Assembly: GCA_963774265.1 (NCBI GenBank)
Contig: CAVZDU010000006.1
Span: 320,001-384,000, forward strand
Reading direction: 5' to 3'
DNA: 64,000 bases
DNA from: an uncultured Chloroflexia bacterium
GTDB lineage: Bacteria > Chloroflexota > Anaerolineae > CG2-30-64-16
Shown here in pieces: positions 1 to 11,675 of this stretch. The translations under genes were made by a program, and so were the position numbers. Positions within the stretch are counted from its first letter, which is position 1, and each line of letters starts with the position of its first letter. Below the pieces are notes generated by a model. That model was not told where the DNA came from and made no database searches. It was given only the letters and a program-made list of their open reading frames with translations.

Positions 1-155
1 GGCAGCGTGCGCGGGCGGATGGCCAACATCCACGCCTGTCGCCGGGTGATCTTCCGCGGCGCGGCGGGTTCCGCACCCTGAGCGGAGCTGGGCCGCGGTT
101 GGCCCGGCGGAGTTGAAGGAAGCTCTCGCGATGGTGACGGCGTTTCAGGATCCAT
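1..155 (-). CDS. menA: 1,4-dihydroxy-2-naphthoate polyprenyltransferase, 5' part (runs off window)
   Basis: Manual translation from ATG at 155: MDPETPSP...RRQAWMLAIRPRTLP. The W-x-x-A-x-RPRTLP motif is typical of the MenA N-terminus. Overlaps the rsmD stop. Confidence 0.7.
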   Translation of the reverse strand, partial: MDPETPSPSRELPSTPPGQPRPSSAQGAEPAAPRKITRRQAWMLAIRPRTL

Positions 156-744
156 CAACGGGGCCATCCTCGGAACGTCCAAGACCTGTCAGCTCTCTCT
201 TGAAAAAATGGAGCGCCGTGCTGCCGTATTGGCGGCGGTCGGTCTGCACCAGGTGCGCCAGGGTGACGTCGTGCCACTCCTTGGGAAAGATTTGGACGAT
301 GACCAGGCCATCCGGCGCAAGGAGCTCAGGCCGCACGTCGACCAGCTCCAGCGCCTTCAGCCATAGTCCCTTGTACTGGGGTGGCGCGACGTAGATTACA
401 TCGAACGGCGCCAGGTCGGTCCGCACCAGGTAGGCGAACGCATCGCCCGGGATGACGCGGCCGCGATCCGCCACCCCCGTGCTTTCGAGGTTCCGCTGCA
501 GGGTGCGCAGCGCGTTGCGATCGCGCTCGCAGAAGACCACTTCGGCCGCGTCGCGGCTCAATGCCTCGATGCCCACCGCGCCGGTGCCCCCGAACAAATC
601 CAGGTAGCGCCGGTCCTCGATCATCTCCTGCGATGTGAGGATGCTGAACAGTGCGGCCTTGGTCCGGTCAGTGATAGGCCGGGTGCTGTCGCCGGGCACT
701 GAGGCGAGGGGCCGGCCCCTGGCCGAGCCTGCAATGACTCGCAT
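145..744 (-). CDS. rsmD: 16S rRNA (guanine966-N2)-methyltransferase
   Basis: MRVIAGSARGR start, TRPITDR, LDLFGGTGAVGIEALSR SAM-binding motif, YGST near C-terminus. Confidence 0.92.
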   Translation of the reverse strand: MRVIAGSARGRPLASVPGDSTRPITDRTKAALFSILTSQEMIEDRRYLDLFGGTGAVGIEALSRDAAEVVFCERDRNALRTLQRNLESTGVADRGRVIPGDAFAYLVRTDLAPFDVIYVAPPQYKGLWLKALELVDVRPELLAPDGLVIVQIFPKEWHDVTLAHLVQTDRRQYGSTALHFFKRELTGLGRSEDGPVDGS

Positions 745-747
745 ACC

Positions 748-1800
748 CTACTTCCGCCTGATGATCGTACGGAAGACGAGCGTATCCACGCCACCGAAGC
801 GGTGCTTGTAGTCCTCGTTCCCCTGCAGGAAGTCGAAATGCTGCCGGCCCAGGCGGATGGCATGCTGAATCAGCCGCGCCAGCAGGACCCAGCCGGGGCT
901 CAACTGGGGCACGCCGGCAGGATCGTAACCGGAGTTGTACACCAGGATATCCCCCCCGTAGTCGAAGCAGAAGTACGTTGCGACCGGCTGACCTCCAACC
1001 TCCAAGAACGAGAGTTGCAGCCAGCCGCGCGCGGCCAGGACCTCAGCGATGGCGCGGAAATACGCCTGCATCTCCTCCGTCATGAACGCATGCTTGTCGG
1101 ATCGGCTGTTGCGGTGGAGCTTGATGAACGCGTCGACGGCTGCCCCCAGGTCCGCGCCGCCGTCGACGAAGCGGATTGCGGCATCCGGCGCGTCGCGCTC
1201 CACGCGGCGGAGCTTGCGGCGGATTTCATGCCGCTCTTTCTTGTCCAGAGCCTCCAGGTACGCGTTCCAGGCGTTCTCCTCCCTCGGCTCGTCGTAGTCA
1301 CCCGGCCGCGGCAAGGTGAGGATCGGGCTGACGTCCTCCTGGAACACCTCGACCGAGTAACCGGCCGCCTCAGCCAGTTTGGGCAAAACGGAGTGGCTAA
1401 GGGATGACGCGGGCTGATTGCACAGGTCGACGCGATTCCACGCGGGCGCATCCGGTCCCTCCAGCCACGCAAGAAAACCCCGGAATACTTCCTCCTCGCA
1501 GCCTTTCTCGATGATCAGGTCGAGATAGTCCGACACCTCGATGCAGCCTACGACGGCCAGCATCGGGCCCTCATCGTCCTGCATGTACAACGGCAAGATC
1601 GCGACCGTCCGGCCGGCGTCACGCGCGGCCAGGATGTAAAGCGGGCCGCGGCGCTGCCCCAGGTGGCGCCACCACGTGGTCTGCCATTCGTAAGTCAGAA
1701 ATATCGTGTCGAAGCGGCTGCGTCTCAGCAGATCGTTCCACTCGTTCCGAAGCGCGTCAAAACCGCTATCGTCGCGATAGAGAGTCCATTCCACAAACAA
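748..1800 (-). CDS. GNAT family N-acetyltransferase (CelD/BcsL-like)
   Basis: FLTYEWQTTWW, SDYLD, YNSGYD...LSPG, FDFLQGNEDYKHRFG motifs. Confidence 0.85.
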   Translation of the reverse strand: MFVEWTLYRDDSGFDALRNEWNDLLRRSRFDTIFLTYEWQTTWWRHLGQRRGPLYILAARDAGRTVAILPLYMQDDEGPMLAVVGCIEVSDYLDLIIEKGCEEEVFRGFLAWLEGPDAPAWNRVDLCNQPASSLSHSVLPKLAEAAGYSVEVFQEDVSPILTLPRPGDYDEPREENAWNAYLEALDKKERHEIRRKLRRVERDAPDAAIRFVDGGADLGAAVDAFIKLHRNSRSDKHAFMTEEMQAYFRAIAEVLAARGWLQLSFLEVGGQPVATYFCFDYGGDILVYNSGYDPAGVPQLSPGWVLLARLIQHAIRLGRQHFDFLQGNEDYKHRFGGVDTLVFRTIIRRK

Positions 1801-1807
1801 ATTCCTT

Positions 1808-3565
1808 TCAATAGGCCCGAGCGGTTCTCCTGGCGACCCACATCAGGATCAGGAAGAGTACCGCGACCCCGCCAACCACCCAAGGCCACTGCTTCGGCCA
1901 TTTGGCCGTCGCTCGTTGCAGGAAGCCAGGCGCCCACGTCGGTGTCGCGGTCGGGGCGGCCGCCCCCTGCGGGGCAAGGGCTGAACCCGAGGTCGCACCT
2001 GCCGGCAGCGGCGCGGCAGGCGTGGTCCCAGCGTCCCCCAGTTCCGCCGCGGTGGGTGCACCTGCACCGTAGATAGCCACCTCAGTCCACCTGGCGTCTG
2101 GCGGGAGCGGCGTCTCGTTGATGGCGCGTGCCCCAGCAGCCGAAAGCGTCTCAACCGGGGTGATTTCCGCGGCCGAGAGCGTCTCAACCGGGGTGATCTC
2201 TGCGGCCGAAAGCGTCTCGACCGGGGTGATCTCTGCGGCCGAAAGCGTCTCCACTGGCTGCACGTCGGGGACACCCACCCCTTGCGATGAAGCCGTGGTC
2301 TCCAGGACGAGGGGTGCAGCCCCCGTCTCGAAAGAAGATGAAACGACTGACGGGTACGCATCGCCCGCGCAGCCCCACAGGCGCACCTCGTCCAGGAAGA
2401 ACGCGGTCCGGCCGCCCTTACCATCGTTCACCGCAGCGAAATAAAGATCGAACGTCTGCCCAACCATATCCGTAAGGTCAAATGTATGCTGCTTCCAGAC
2501 TCGATCGTTCTCCAAAACCTTCCATGGCACGGCCCACACGACATTGCCGGGACCCAGCACAACGAACTGCTGCCGGTCGGAGCCGCCAGAGGATTCGGCC
2601 CACGTGTAGGCCCAAAAGCTCACAATAGCCCGCGCGTAACCGCCCGGCACAGTCACGGTCTGGCGGATCGATGAATACGCGTCCCGGTTCTCCAACTGGG
2701 AGCCGAGTTGCAGGCTGAACGAGCCCCCGATGGCTGGATTGTTGACCAGGCGAGGCGCTAAGGGATGGCTCCCCGGGACCCACCCCAAGGTGCCAGACTC
2801 GAAGCCGCCGTTCTGCGTCAGCTCCTGGCAGCCGGCCGACACCGTGGGCGTCGCCGTCGGAGTGCAGGTGCGTGTCGCGGTGGGGGCCCCAGGTGTGCGG
2901 GTCGGTGTGGCCGTCGGGCCCCCGGGCGTGCAGGTTGGCGTGGCCGTCCTCGGAGCGATCGTCACTGGCGCCGGACAGGTCGACAGCGATACATCATCCA
3001 GGAACATGGCCACGCGACCGCCCATTCCGTCGTTGTATACGTTGAAGTAAAGCTGCACTGTCTGGCCGCGCCACACGCTCAGATCAAACGCGGACCGGTT
3101 CCATAGCCGGCTGTCGTTGTGCGACCGCCACGGTTTTCCCAAGATAGCCGACCCATCCGCGTTGAAGAGCACCAGTTCCATGTAGTCGGTCGTCGCGGGC
3201 GCCTCAGCCATGGCGTAGAACCAAAAGGAGAGGGTGGCTTGGACCGCACTCGAAGGGATGACCACCGTCTGGCGCGCGGAAGAGAAGCTTTCGACATTCG
3301 CGCCGCTGGTGATTCCCATTTGGAGCGAGTGCGTTCCGGAATGGGCCGAATAGGTGACCACCTGGGCCGGCACGGGGCTGACGCCTAACTGCCAAGCCCC
3401 GCCGGCCTCAAACCCTCCGTCCACGACGCGCTCGATGCACGCCCCAGGGACATAAGGGGTGACGGTGGCCGCGCTCCCGGGCGTGCCGAACGGTGCAAGT
3501 GCCGCGACCAGCGCGAGCACTGCGATGACCAGCAGGGCCACGATCAAGCGCGTTAGGTCATCCAT
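1808..3565 (-). CDS. Secreted/membrane-anchored protein with two carbohydrate-binding-like beta domains, PT linker and C-terminal TM helix
   Basis: Hydrophobic N-terminus, two similar domains starting C-x-E-x-x-x-(D/N)GGFE and ending FLD(D/E)V, TPT repeats, C-terminal WPWVVGGVAVLFLILMWVARR. Confidence 0.7.
   Translation of the reverse strand: MDDLTRLIVALLVIAVLALVAALAPFGTPGSAATVTPYVPGACIERVVDGGFEAGGAWQLGVSPVPAQVVTYSAHSGTHSLQMGITSGANVESFSSARQTVVIPSSAVQATLSFWFYAMAEAPATTDYMELVLFNADGSAILGKPWRSHNDSRLWNRSAFDLSVWRGQTVQLYFNVYNDGMGGRVAMFLDDVSLSTCPAPVTIAPRTATPTCTPGGPTATPTRTPGAPTATRTCTPTATPTVSAGCQELTQNGGFESGTLGWVPGSHPLAPRLVNNPAIGGSFSLQLGSQLENRDAYSSIRQTVTVPGGYARAIVSFWAYTWAESSGGSDRQQFVVLGPGNVVWAVPWKVLENDRVWKQHTFDLTDMVGQTFDLYFAAVNDGKGGRTAFFLDEVRLWGCAGDAYPSVVSSSFETGAAPLVLETTASSQGVGVPDVQPVETLSAAEITPVETLSAAEITPVETLSAAEITPVETLSAAGARAINETPLPPDARWTEVAIYGAGAPTAAELGDAGTTPAAPLPAGATSGSALAPQGAAAPTATPTWAPGFLQRATAKWPKQWPWVVGGVAVLFLILMWVARRTARAY
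2136..2258 (-). repeat. 33-bp coding tandem repeat (about 3.7 copies) encoding PVETLSAAEIT
   Basis: Near-identical GCCGA(A/G)AGCGTCTC(A/G)ACCGGGGTGAT(C/T)TC units read directly. Confidence 0.9.
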
Positions 3566-3681
3566 TGTGGGGCCACCTCGAAGGCCTTTACAATGCGGGC
3601 TTTATTGTGAAGTCATTCTATCATGAAGCTTCGCTGAGAGCAATTGACCCTTAACGACGGGCCGTGTATAATGCCCCGGCA

Positions 3682-4672
3682 ATGAACGCAACGGCCTCCA
3701 ACAGCCCCGATCTTGTGATAGTTATTGTCAATTACAACACCTGTGCCCTCCTGCGCGATTGCCTCCGGTCAGTCTACGCCAGCGAGCTCGATATGGCGCA
3801 ACTGCCGGACGAGGAACGCGGACTTTCGCCGCGGCGTCTGACATTTGCCGCGTGTGTGGTGGACAACGCGTCGCCGGACGACAGCGTCGCGATGGTGCGC
3901 CACGAATTCCCGCAGGTACAGGTGATCGCGAATGACCACAATGTCGGTTACCCGGCGGCGAACAATCAAGGGCTGCGCCTGTACGGGTTCAATGACCGGC
4001 CGAACCCGGGCGCAGGCACCGGAGGGATACCAACCTTTGCGCTGCTGCTGAACCCGGACACCGTGCTGCCGCCCGATGCGCTGGCGCGGATGATCGCGTT
4101 TGTCGAGCGTGGGGAGCGGATCGGCGTTGCGGGACCCAAACTGGTGCGGCTGGACGGTTCGCTCGACAAGGCGTGTCGGCGCTCCTTCCCGACGCCCGAT
4201 ACTTCGCTCTGGCACATGCTATACCTGGACCGGCTCTTCCCGAAGAGTCCCCGGTTCGGCCGCTATAATCTTTCGTATCTCGATCCGGACGAGGTCACCC
4301 GCGTCGATGCGATCGTGGGCGCGTTCATGCTGGTCCGCGGCGAGGCCATCCTCCGGGCGGGCCTGCTCGACGAGACTTTCTTCATGTACGGCGAGGACCT
4401 GGACTGGGCCAAACGCATCACCGATGCAGGCTGGGAAGTGTGGTACAATCCGAAGGTCACCGTGCTGCACATCAAGGAGGCTGCAGCCGCAACTCCTATC
4501 GGGCACGCGTTGAGTTCTACCGTGCGCTGAACATCTTCTACGACAAGCATTACAAGGCCAGAAACGCCGTTCTGGCTGGACTGGCTGATCCGGGGCGGCG
4601 TGGCCATCGTCGGCTGGGCCGACCTGACGGCGCGGCGCCTGCCGCGGCCAGTATGGGAGGACGACCCCATGA
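3682..4672 (+). CDS. Family 2 glycosyltransferase (WbbL-like), 3' end frameshifted
   Basis: IVIVNYN, VVDNAS, LLLNPD, GAFMLVR, FFMYGEDLDW. C-terminus continues in another frame after about 4490, so the end is approximate. Confidence 0.85.
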
Positions 4673-6054
4673 GACGGGCCGCGCATCCTGTTCGGCCTCA
4701 GCCTGGTGCTGGTCGACCTCCTCATGAGCGTCCTGGCGTTCTTCATCGCGTATCTGATTCGCCTCTGGACGCGCGGGGCTGAGATCGGTCCGTTTCCAAC
4801 TACCTGACGCCCGCCGCGATCCAGGCCGTCAGCACACTGGTCGTCTTCTTCTTCTACAAGTTCTACCACCGCCGGCATGCCGCGCTGCTGCTCGACGAGG
4901 TTTACCGCCTCTTCGGCGCGGTGTCCGTCGCGACGCTGATCACGGTCGCCTTCATCTCCTTTGCGCTGCGCGACACCCTGGATTACCAGCGGTCCATGAT
5001 GCTCCTGGCCTGGGCCGCGTCGCTGATCACCATCACCCTCGGCCGCGCGCTCCACAGCCGAGTTCAGCGTTCGCTGCAGCGCCGCGGCGTCGGCCAGGAG
5101 CGCGTGCTCATCGTCGGCACCGGCGAGGTGGGCCGGATGATCCTGCAGAAGATCCAGCACACCCCAGGCCTCGGCTACCAGGTGGTGGGCTTCGCCGACG
5201 CCAATGGAGCTGGGCCCGAGCGTGTCATGGGGCTGCCGGTGCTCGGCACATCGAGGATCTGCCGGATATCATCGAAAACCAAGACATCGAGGAAGTGATC
5301 ATCGGCCTGCCTGAGGCCACCCACCAGGAATTGGTCGGCATCATCTCCCAGTGCGAGCGCGAAAAGGTCAGCATCCGCGTCTTCCCGGATGTGTTCCAGA
5401 TCATGGCCTCGGAGGTCACGATCAGCGACCTGGCCGGGCTGCCGCTGCTCACCATCCGCGACGTGGCCCTGCGCGGCTGGAAGCTGACCCTCAAGCGCGG
5501 CGTCGACATTCTGGCCAGCAGCGGTTTCCTGCTCTTTGCCTCGCCGCTCATGATGCTGACCGCGGTGCTGATCAAGCTCGACTCGCCGGCCCGGTCTTCT
5601 TCGTGCAGGAGCGCATGGGGCTGGACGCCAAGCCGTTCAAGATGCTCAAGTTCCGCTCGATGCGCGCGGATGCCGAGCGGCTGGGCCAGGCTGGACCACC
5701 AAGAACGACCCTCGGCGCACGCGCGTCGGCAGCCTCATCCGCAAGACCTCTGTCGACGAGCTGCCCCAGTTCATCAACGTGCTGATGGGCGACATGAGCC
5801 TGGTTGGCCCGCGGCCCGAGCAGCCCGCCTACGTCGAGCAGTTCCGGCAGAGCATCCCCCGCTACATGGAGCGCCACCGCGAAAAGGCCGGCATCACCGG
5901 CTGGGCGCAGATCAACGGACTGCGCGGCGACACCTCGATCGCCGAGCGCACCAAGTACGACCTGTGGTATATCGAGAACTGGTCGCTCTGGCTCGACTTC
6001 AAGATCATCCTGCGCACCGCGTTCAAGGCCTTCTTCGACAGATCAGCGTACTAA
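4669..6054 (+). CDS. Undecaprenyl-phosphate glucose phosphotransferase (WcaJ-like), several frameshifts
   Basis: Fragments: [79 protein letters not shown]. Confidence 0.88.
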
Positions 6055-6063
6055 GCCCCCTTT

Positions 6064-6092
6064 TTGACACGGCTGGCCCTTCGTGCTATCAT
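6064..6092 (+). promoter_or_regulatory. Sigma70-type promoter of the hrcA operon
   Basis: TTGACA (6064-6069), 17 bp, TATCAT (6087-6092) with TG extended -10. Confidence 0.8.
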
Positions 6093-6104
6093 TTGCCCAC
6101 ATCA

Positions 6105-6131
6105 TTAGCACTCTCCCACTAAGAGTGCTAA
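6105..6131 (+). promoter_or_regulatory. CIRCE element (HrcA operator)
   Basis: Perfect TTAGCACTC-N9-GAGTGCTAA directly upstream of hrcA. Confidence 0.97.
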
Positions 6132-6160
6132 TGAGTGCTAAAGGGGCATGCTAGTACACG

Positions 6161-7271
6161 ATGAGTGCTAAGATAAATTCGGACATGACGCCGCGACGCC
6201 AGGCAGTGCTGGGGTTGGTGATCCGCTCCTATGTCGAGCGGGGGTCCCCTGTCGGCTCGAAGGTCGTTCGTCCAGTCATACGGGCTGGACATCAGCCCGG
6301 CGACCATCCGCAACGAGATGGCCGCGCTGGAGGACCTGGGCTACCTGACGCATCCCGCACACCTCCGCCGGGCGCATCCCGACCGAGCAGGGCTATCGCT
6401 ACTTCGTCGAGTACCTGCTGGGCGAGACCGAGCTGCCCCTGCCCGAACAGCACATGATCCGCCATCAGTTCCACCAGGCGCGGCTGGAGTTGGACCAGTG
6501 GGTGCAACTGGCCGTGGCGGTGCTGGCGCACACCACGCGCAAGGCCGCGCTGGCCACCCCGCCGCGCGCTCGATGAGAGCCAGTTCAAGCATCTGGAGCT
6601 GATCAGCCTGCGCGACACGCTGGTCCTGATGGTGCTGGTCCTGATGGGCGGCACGGTCAAGCAGCAGATGCTGACCCTGGACGAGCCCATCGAGCAGGAA
6701 TCGCTGAGCCGGCTCTCCAACCAGCTCAACGACCAGCTTCGCGGGGCAACGCACGGCCCAGATCGAGGCCGCAGGTGCGTGCTCTGCCTGGCTCGGCCGG
6801 CCAGATCGGCCGCTTCGTCGCGGAGATCATGGCCGCCGTGGATCAGCCAGGGCGAGGATGCCGCTCTACCGCGACGGCCTGATCCACATCCTGGACGAGC
6901 CGGAGTTCGCCGCAGGGCGGCCAGGTGCGCGACATGGTCCAGGTCATCGAAGGCCCATCGCTGTCGAACATCATCGCCACCGCTGCGCCCCTCGGAGATC
7001 GGCGGCGTGCAGGTGCTGATCGGCGGCGAAGGGCGCTGGCACGAATTTGCGGAGCTGGCCTGGTGCTCTCTCGCTACGGCGTGGAGGGCGGCGCCAGCGG
7101 CTTGCTGGGCGTCGTCGGCCCGCTGCGCATGACGTACGATCGCACCATCGGCGCGGTGCGCTACGTGTCGCGAGTCTGATGAGCGACCTGGTCGAGCGAT
7201 TGGTACGATGCGGATCGGCGACCGGCGCACGAGACGTGCGAGATTTAGAGCGGAGAACTGATACTGGCTGA
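6161..7271 (+). CDS. hrcA: Heat-inducible transcription repressor, frameshifted in this assembly
   Basis: [51 protein letters not shown] fragments across frames. End approximate. Confidence 0.9.
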
Positions 7272-7289
7272 ATCGAACAACGAGCGAGT

Positions 7290-7824
7290 GAACCGTTGAG
7301 GAGCCGATCGACAGGAGTCAGAACGACCAGCAGGCGACGACAACGGCAGCTGGCTGAGCGAGATCCTGGAGCAGAAGTTGGCCCAGGCGCAGGCCCAGGC
7401 CGCCGAGTACCTGGATAACTGGCGCCGGTCAATCGCCGAGCTGAGCAACGCGCGCAAGCGGATGCAGCGCGAGCAGGCGGAGTATCATCCGCAATGCGGC
7501 CGCAGCGCGTGCTGGAGAAGCTGCTGCCGGTGGTGGACGACATGGACCGCGCCTTCGCCGTCGTGCCCGCCGGATCAGGCGGACAGCGATTGGGTCAACG
7601 GCTTCCGCCTGATCCAGCGCAAGCTGCAGGGCCTCCTGGACAGCGAAGGGGTGACGACCATCGCCGCTGAGGGCCAGACGTTCGATCCGACGCTGCACTA
7701 CGCCGTCACCCACGAGGAAGCGGAAGGCGTGGAGAGCGGGTCAGATCATCGCGGAGGTCGCGCAAGGGCTACAGGCTTGGGCGACAAGGTCCTGCGGCCC
7801 AGCATGGTCCGCGTCGCCCAGTAA
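7290..7824 (+). CDS. grpE: Nucleotide exchange factor, frameshifted (start approximate)
   Basis: AELSNARKRMQRE, LLPVVDD, FDPTLHYAV, VLRPSMVRVA. Lies between hrcA and dnaK. Confidence 0.88.
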
Positions 7825-7883
7825 TGGCCACCTGGGCCCTATACCGATAGCATGTTACGCATCCGTAGAAGGAGTCATTCACT

Positions 7884-9806
<1,923 letters not shown>

Positions 9807-9811
9807 ACATG

Positions 9812-9852
9812 AAAGAGACCTCGCAGATCTTCGAGACCTGCGAGGTCTCTTT
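9812..9852 (+). terminator. Inverted repeat / intrinsic terminator after dnaK
   Basis: AAAGAGACCTCGCAG-N11-CTGCGAGGTCTCTTT, perfect 15-bp arms. Confidence 0.75.
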
Positions 9853-9853
9853 G

Positions 9854-9891
9854 TCTTCAATCTTCAATCTTCAATCTTGAATAATCTTCAA
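9854..9891. repeat. Heptamer array TCTTCAA x3 + TCTTGAA + TAA + TCTTCAA (candidate operator)
   Basis: Read directly. Abuts the -35 box of the next promoter. Confidence 0.75.
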
Positions 9892-9896
9892 CCTAC

Positions 9897-9925
9897 TTGA
9901 CAAGAAATGAAACTCGTCGTACACT
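9897..9925 (+). promoter_or_regulatory. Sigma70-type promoter of the DUF2089 operon
   Basis: TTGACA-17bp-TACACT. Confidence 0.75.
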
Positions 9926-9952
9926 CTCCTCATATCGAAGGGAGCGACGACC

Positions 9953-10339
9953 ATGTACAGTACACCCAGCCTCTGCCCCGTGTGCGGCGACAAGCTCGCC
10001 GTGACGCGGCTCACCTGCCCAAACTGCGATACCAGCGTCGAGGGCCGCTTTCAATTCAGCCGGCTCGAACAGCTCGGCCCGGAGCACCGCGCGTTCGTAG
10101 AGCTTTTCGTGCGCTGCGAGGGCAAGCTCAACTGGGTGGCCCAGGAGCTGAAGCTGTCGTACCCGACCGTGCGCAGCCGGCTGGACGATGTGATCCGCGC
10201 GATGGGGTACGAGGTCAAAGAACTGCCGCCCGCGGAGGAGAAACAGCGCCTGGTCGAACAGCGCCAGACTATCCTGGACGCCCTGGCCGCGGGCAAGATC
10301 TCATCCGCGGACGCGGTGCGCCAGTTGCAGGCGTTATAG
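9953..10339 (+). CDS. DUF2089 family Zn-ribbon/HTH protein with C-terminal SHOCT-like helix pair
   Basis: CPVCG..L.C..C.T.VEG.F, LSYPTVRSRLD, ILDALAAGKISSADAVRQL. Confidence 0.88.
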   Translation: MYSTPSLCPVCGDKLAVTRLTCPNCDTSVEGRFQFSRLEQLGPEHRAFVELFVRCEGKLNWVAQELKLSYPTVRSRLDDVIRAMGYEVKELPPAEEKQRLVEQRQTILDALAAGKISSADAVRQLQAL

Positions 10340-10358
10340 GGCGACGAGGAGGCCAACC

Positions 10359-11615
10359 ATGAGCGACAAACTCACCCTTCCCCCGGCAGGCGTCACGGAG
10401 CTGATTCTCGAAGCACTCGCGGCCGATGCAGTCCTGGCAGTCTTGCCAGAAGCAGAGCTGATCGAGGTGACGGTGCGCCCCGATAGCTCAGACCCCGCCC
10501 GATTGATCGTCGAGGGCGACAAGGCGCGGCTCGCCGGCGGGACCGCAACCCGCGTCACCCTGCCCCCAGGCATCTCGCTGACCGTCGGGGAGACCCTCGG
10601 CGATCTGCGCGTCAAGGGATTCGACGTCGATCTCCGCGTGCGAACGGTCAACGGCGATCTGCGCCTCGGCCGCACGGCCGCGCGGGTCGCGATCGAGAAC
10701 GCACACGCGGATGTGCGCGCCGAAGACGTCGCGTCCCTGCATATAAATGAGTGCGAAGGCGATATGCGCTTCAACGGGGGAGGCGACCTCGAGGTGGAGC
10801 GTGTCGGAGGCGATTTGCGCGTGGCTGACGCGGGTGGCGTGCGTGCGGGCCGCGTGAACGGCGATCTGTGGGCTGAAAAGCTGACCGGAAGCCTGCATGT
10901 CGAGAGGACCAGCGGCGACATGCGGCTGGCCGATGTGGCAGGCCAGGTCGTGCTCGGCCAGGTTGCGGGCGATCTGCGCGCGGCCGGCCTGGCTGGCGGC
11001 CTGAGCGCCGGCCACGTCCATGGCGACGCGATCCTCGAAGGTCCGTTCCCCGGAGGCGAGGGCTACGCGGTTCGCACCGACGGCGACACCCACATCCGGC
11101 TCACCGGCGAAGATGACGTGCGGCTGGTCGTACGCGCGGCGGGCCGCATCCGGGCCTCGCTCCCGCTCACGCCCACCGCAGATGGCACCCCCACCTACTC
11201 GGCGACTGTCCGGGAGGGCAAGATCCGTATGGTGGTAACCAGTGGGGGCGATTTGCGCATTGAAGTCGCGGGCGGAGAAGAAGCGCGGGGCGGATGGGAT
11301 CGCCACCGCAGCCCGGGATCGGACTTCTTTGGAGACCTCAGCACCCTGGGCGATCGCATCCGCCAGCAGGTCACGGCGTCGCTGACCGCAGCGGGCATCA
11401 ACCCGGATACGGGAGAGATCAACATCGGACGCGGCCGCACCGCACGAGGCGCCTTCAAGGGGTTCCAACCGCCAACGCCGCCCGAACGGCCCAAGGCGCC
11501 AGGCCCCGCGGGCAGCGCCACGAGTGACGAAAAAATGGCCATTCTGAAAATGCTCGAAGAGGGCCGGATCACGCCGGAAGAGGCCGATACGCTGTTGCGC
11601 GCCCTGGGCGCTTGA
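10359..11615 (+). CDS. DUF4097 (toastrack)-like beta-repeat protein with C-terminal SHOCT-like domain
   Basis: Many V-x-GD-(L/M)-R repeats. Ends EKMAILKMLEEGRITPEEADTLLRALG. Confidence 0.8.
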   Translation: MSDKLTLPPAGVTELILEALAADAVLAVLPEAELIEVTVRPDSSDPARLIVEGDKARLAGGTATRVTLPPGISLTVGETLGDLRVKGFDVDLRVRTVNGDLRLGRTAARVAIENAHADVRAEDVASLHINECEGDMRFNGGGDLEVERVGGDLRVADAGGVRAGRVNGDLWAEKLTGSLHVERTSGDMRLADVAGQVVLGQVAGDLRAAGLAGGLSAGHVHGDAILEGPFPGGEGYAVRTDGDTHIRLTGEDDVRLVVRAAGRIRASLPLTPTADGTPTYSATVREGKIRMVVTSGGDLRIEVAGGEEARGGWDRHRSPGSDFFGDLSTLGDRIRQQVTASLTAAGINPDTGEINIGRGRTARGAFKGFQPPTPPERPKAPGPAGSATSDEKMAILKMLEEGRITPEEADTLLRALGA

Positions 11616-11640
11616 CATATGCCGCGTGCCATTCTACACT
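11612..11640 (+). promoter_or_regulatory. Internal sigma70-type promoter upstream of the GNAT gene
   Basis: TTGACA-17bp-TACACT overlapping the previous stop codon. Confidence 0.65.
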
Positions 11641-11675
11641 AAGCGGCATACTGATTTGCCTGGACAGGTATAGGC

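Noticed and set aside
2136-2258. Possible CRISPR array
   Set aside because: The 33-bp units are contiguous, have no spacers, are in frame within a CDS, and there are no cas genes.
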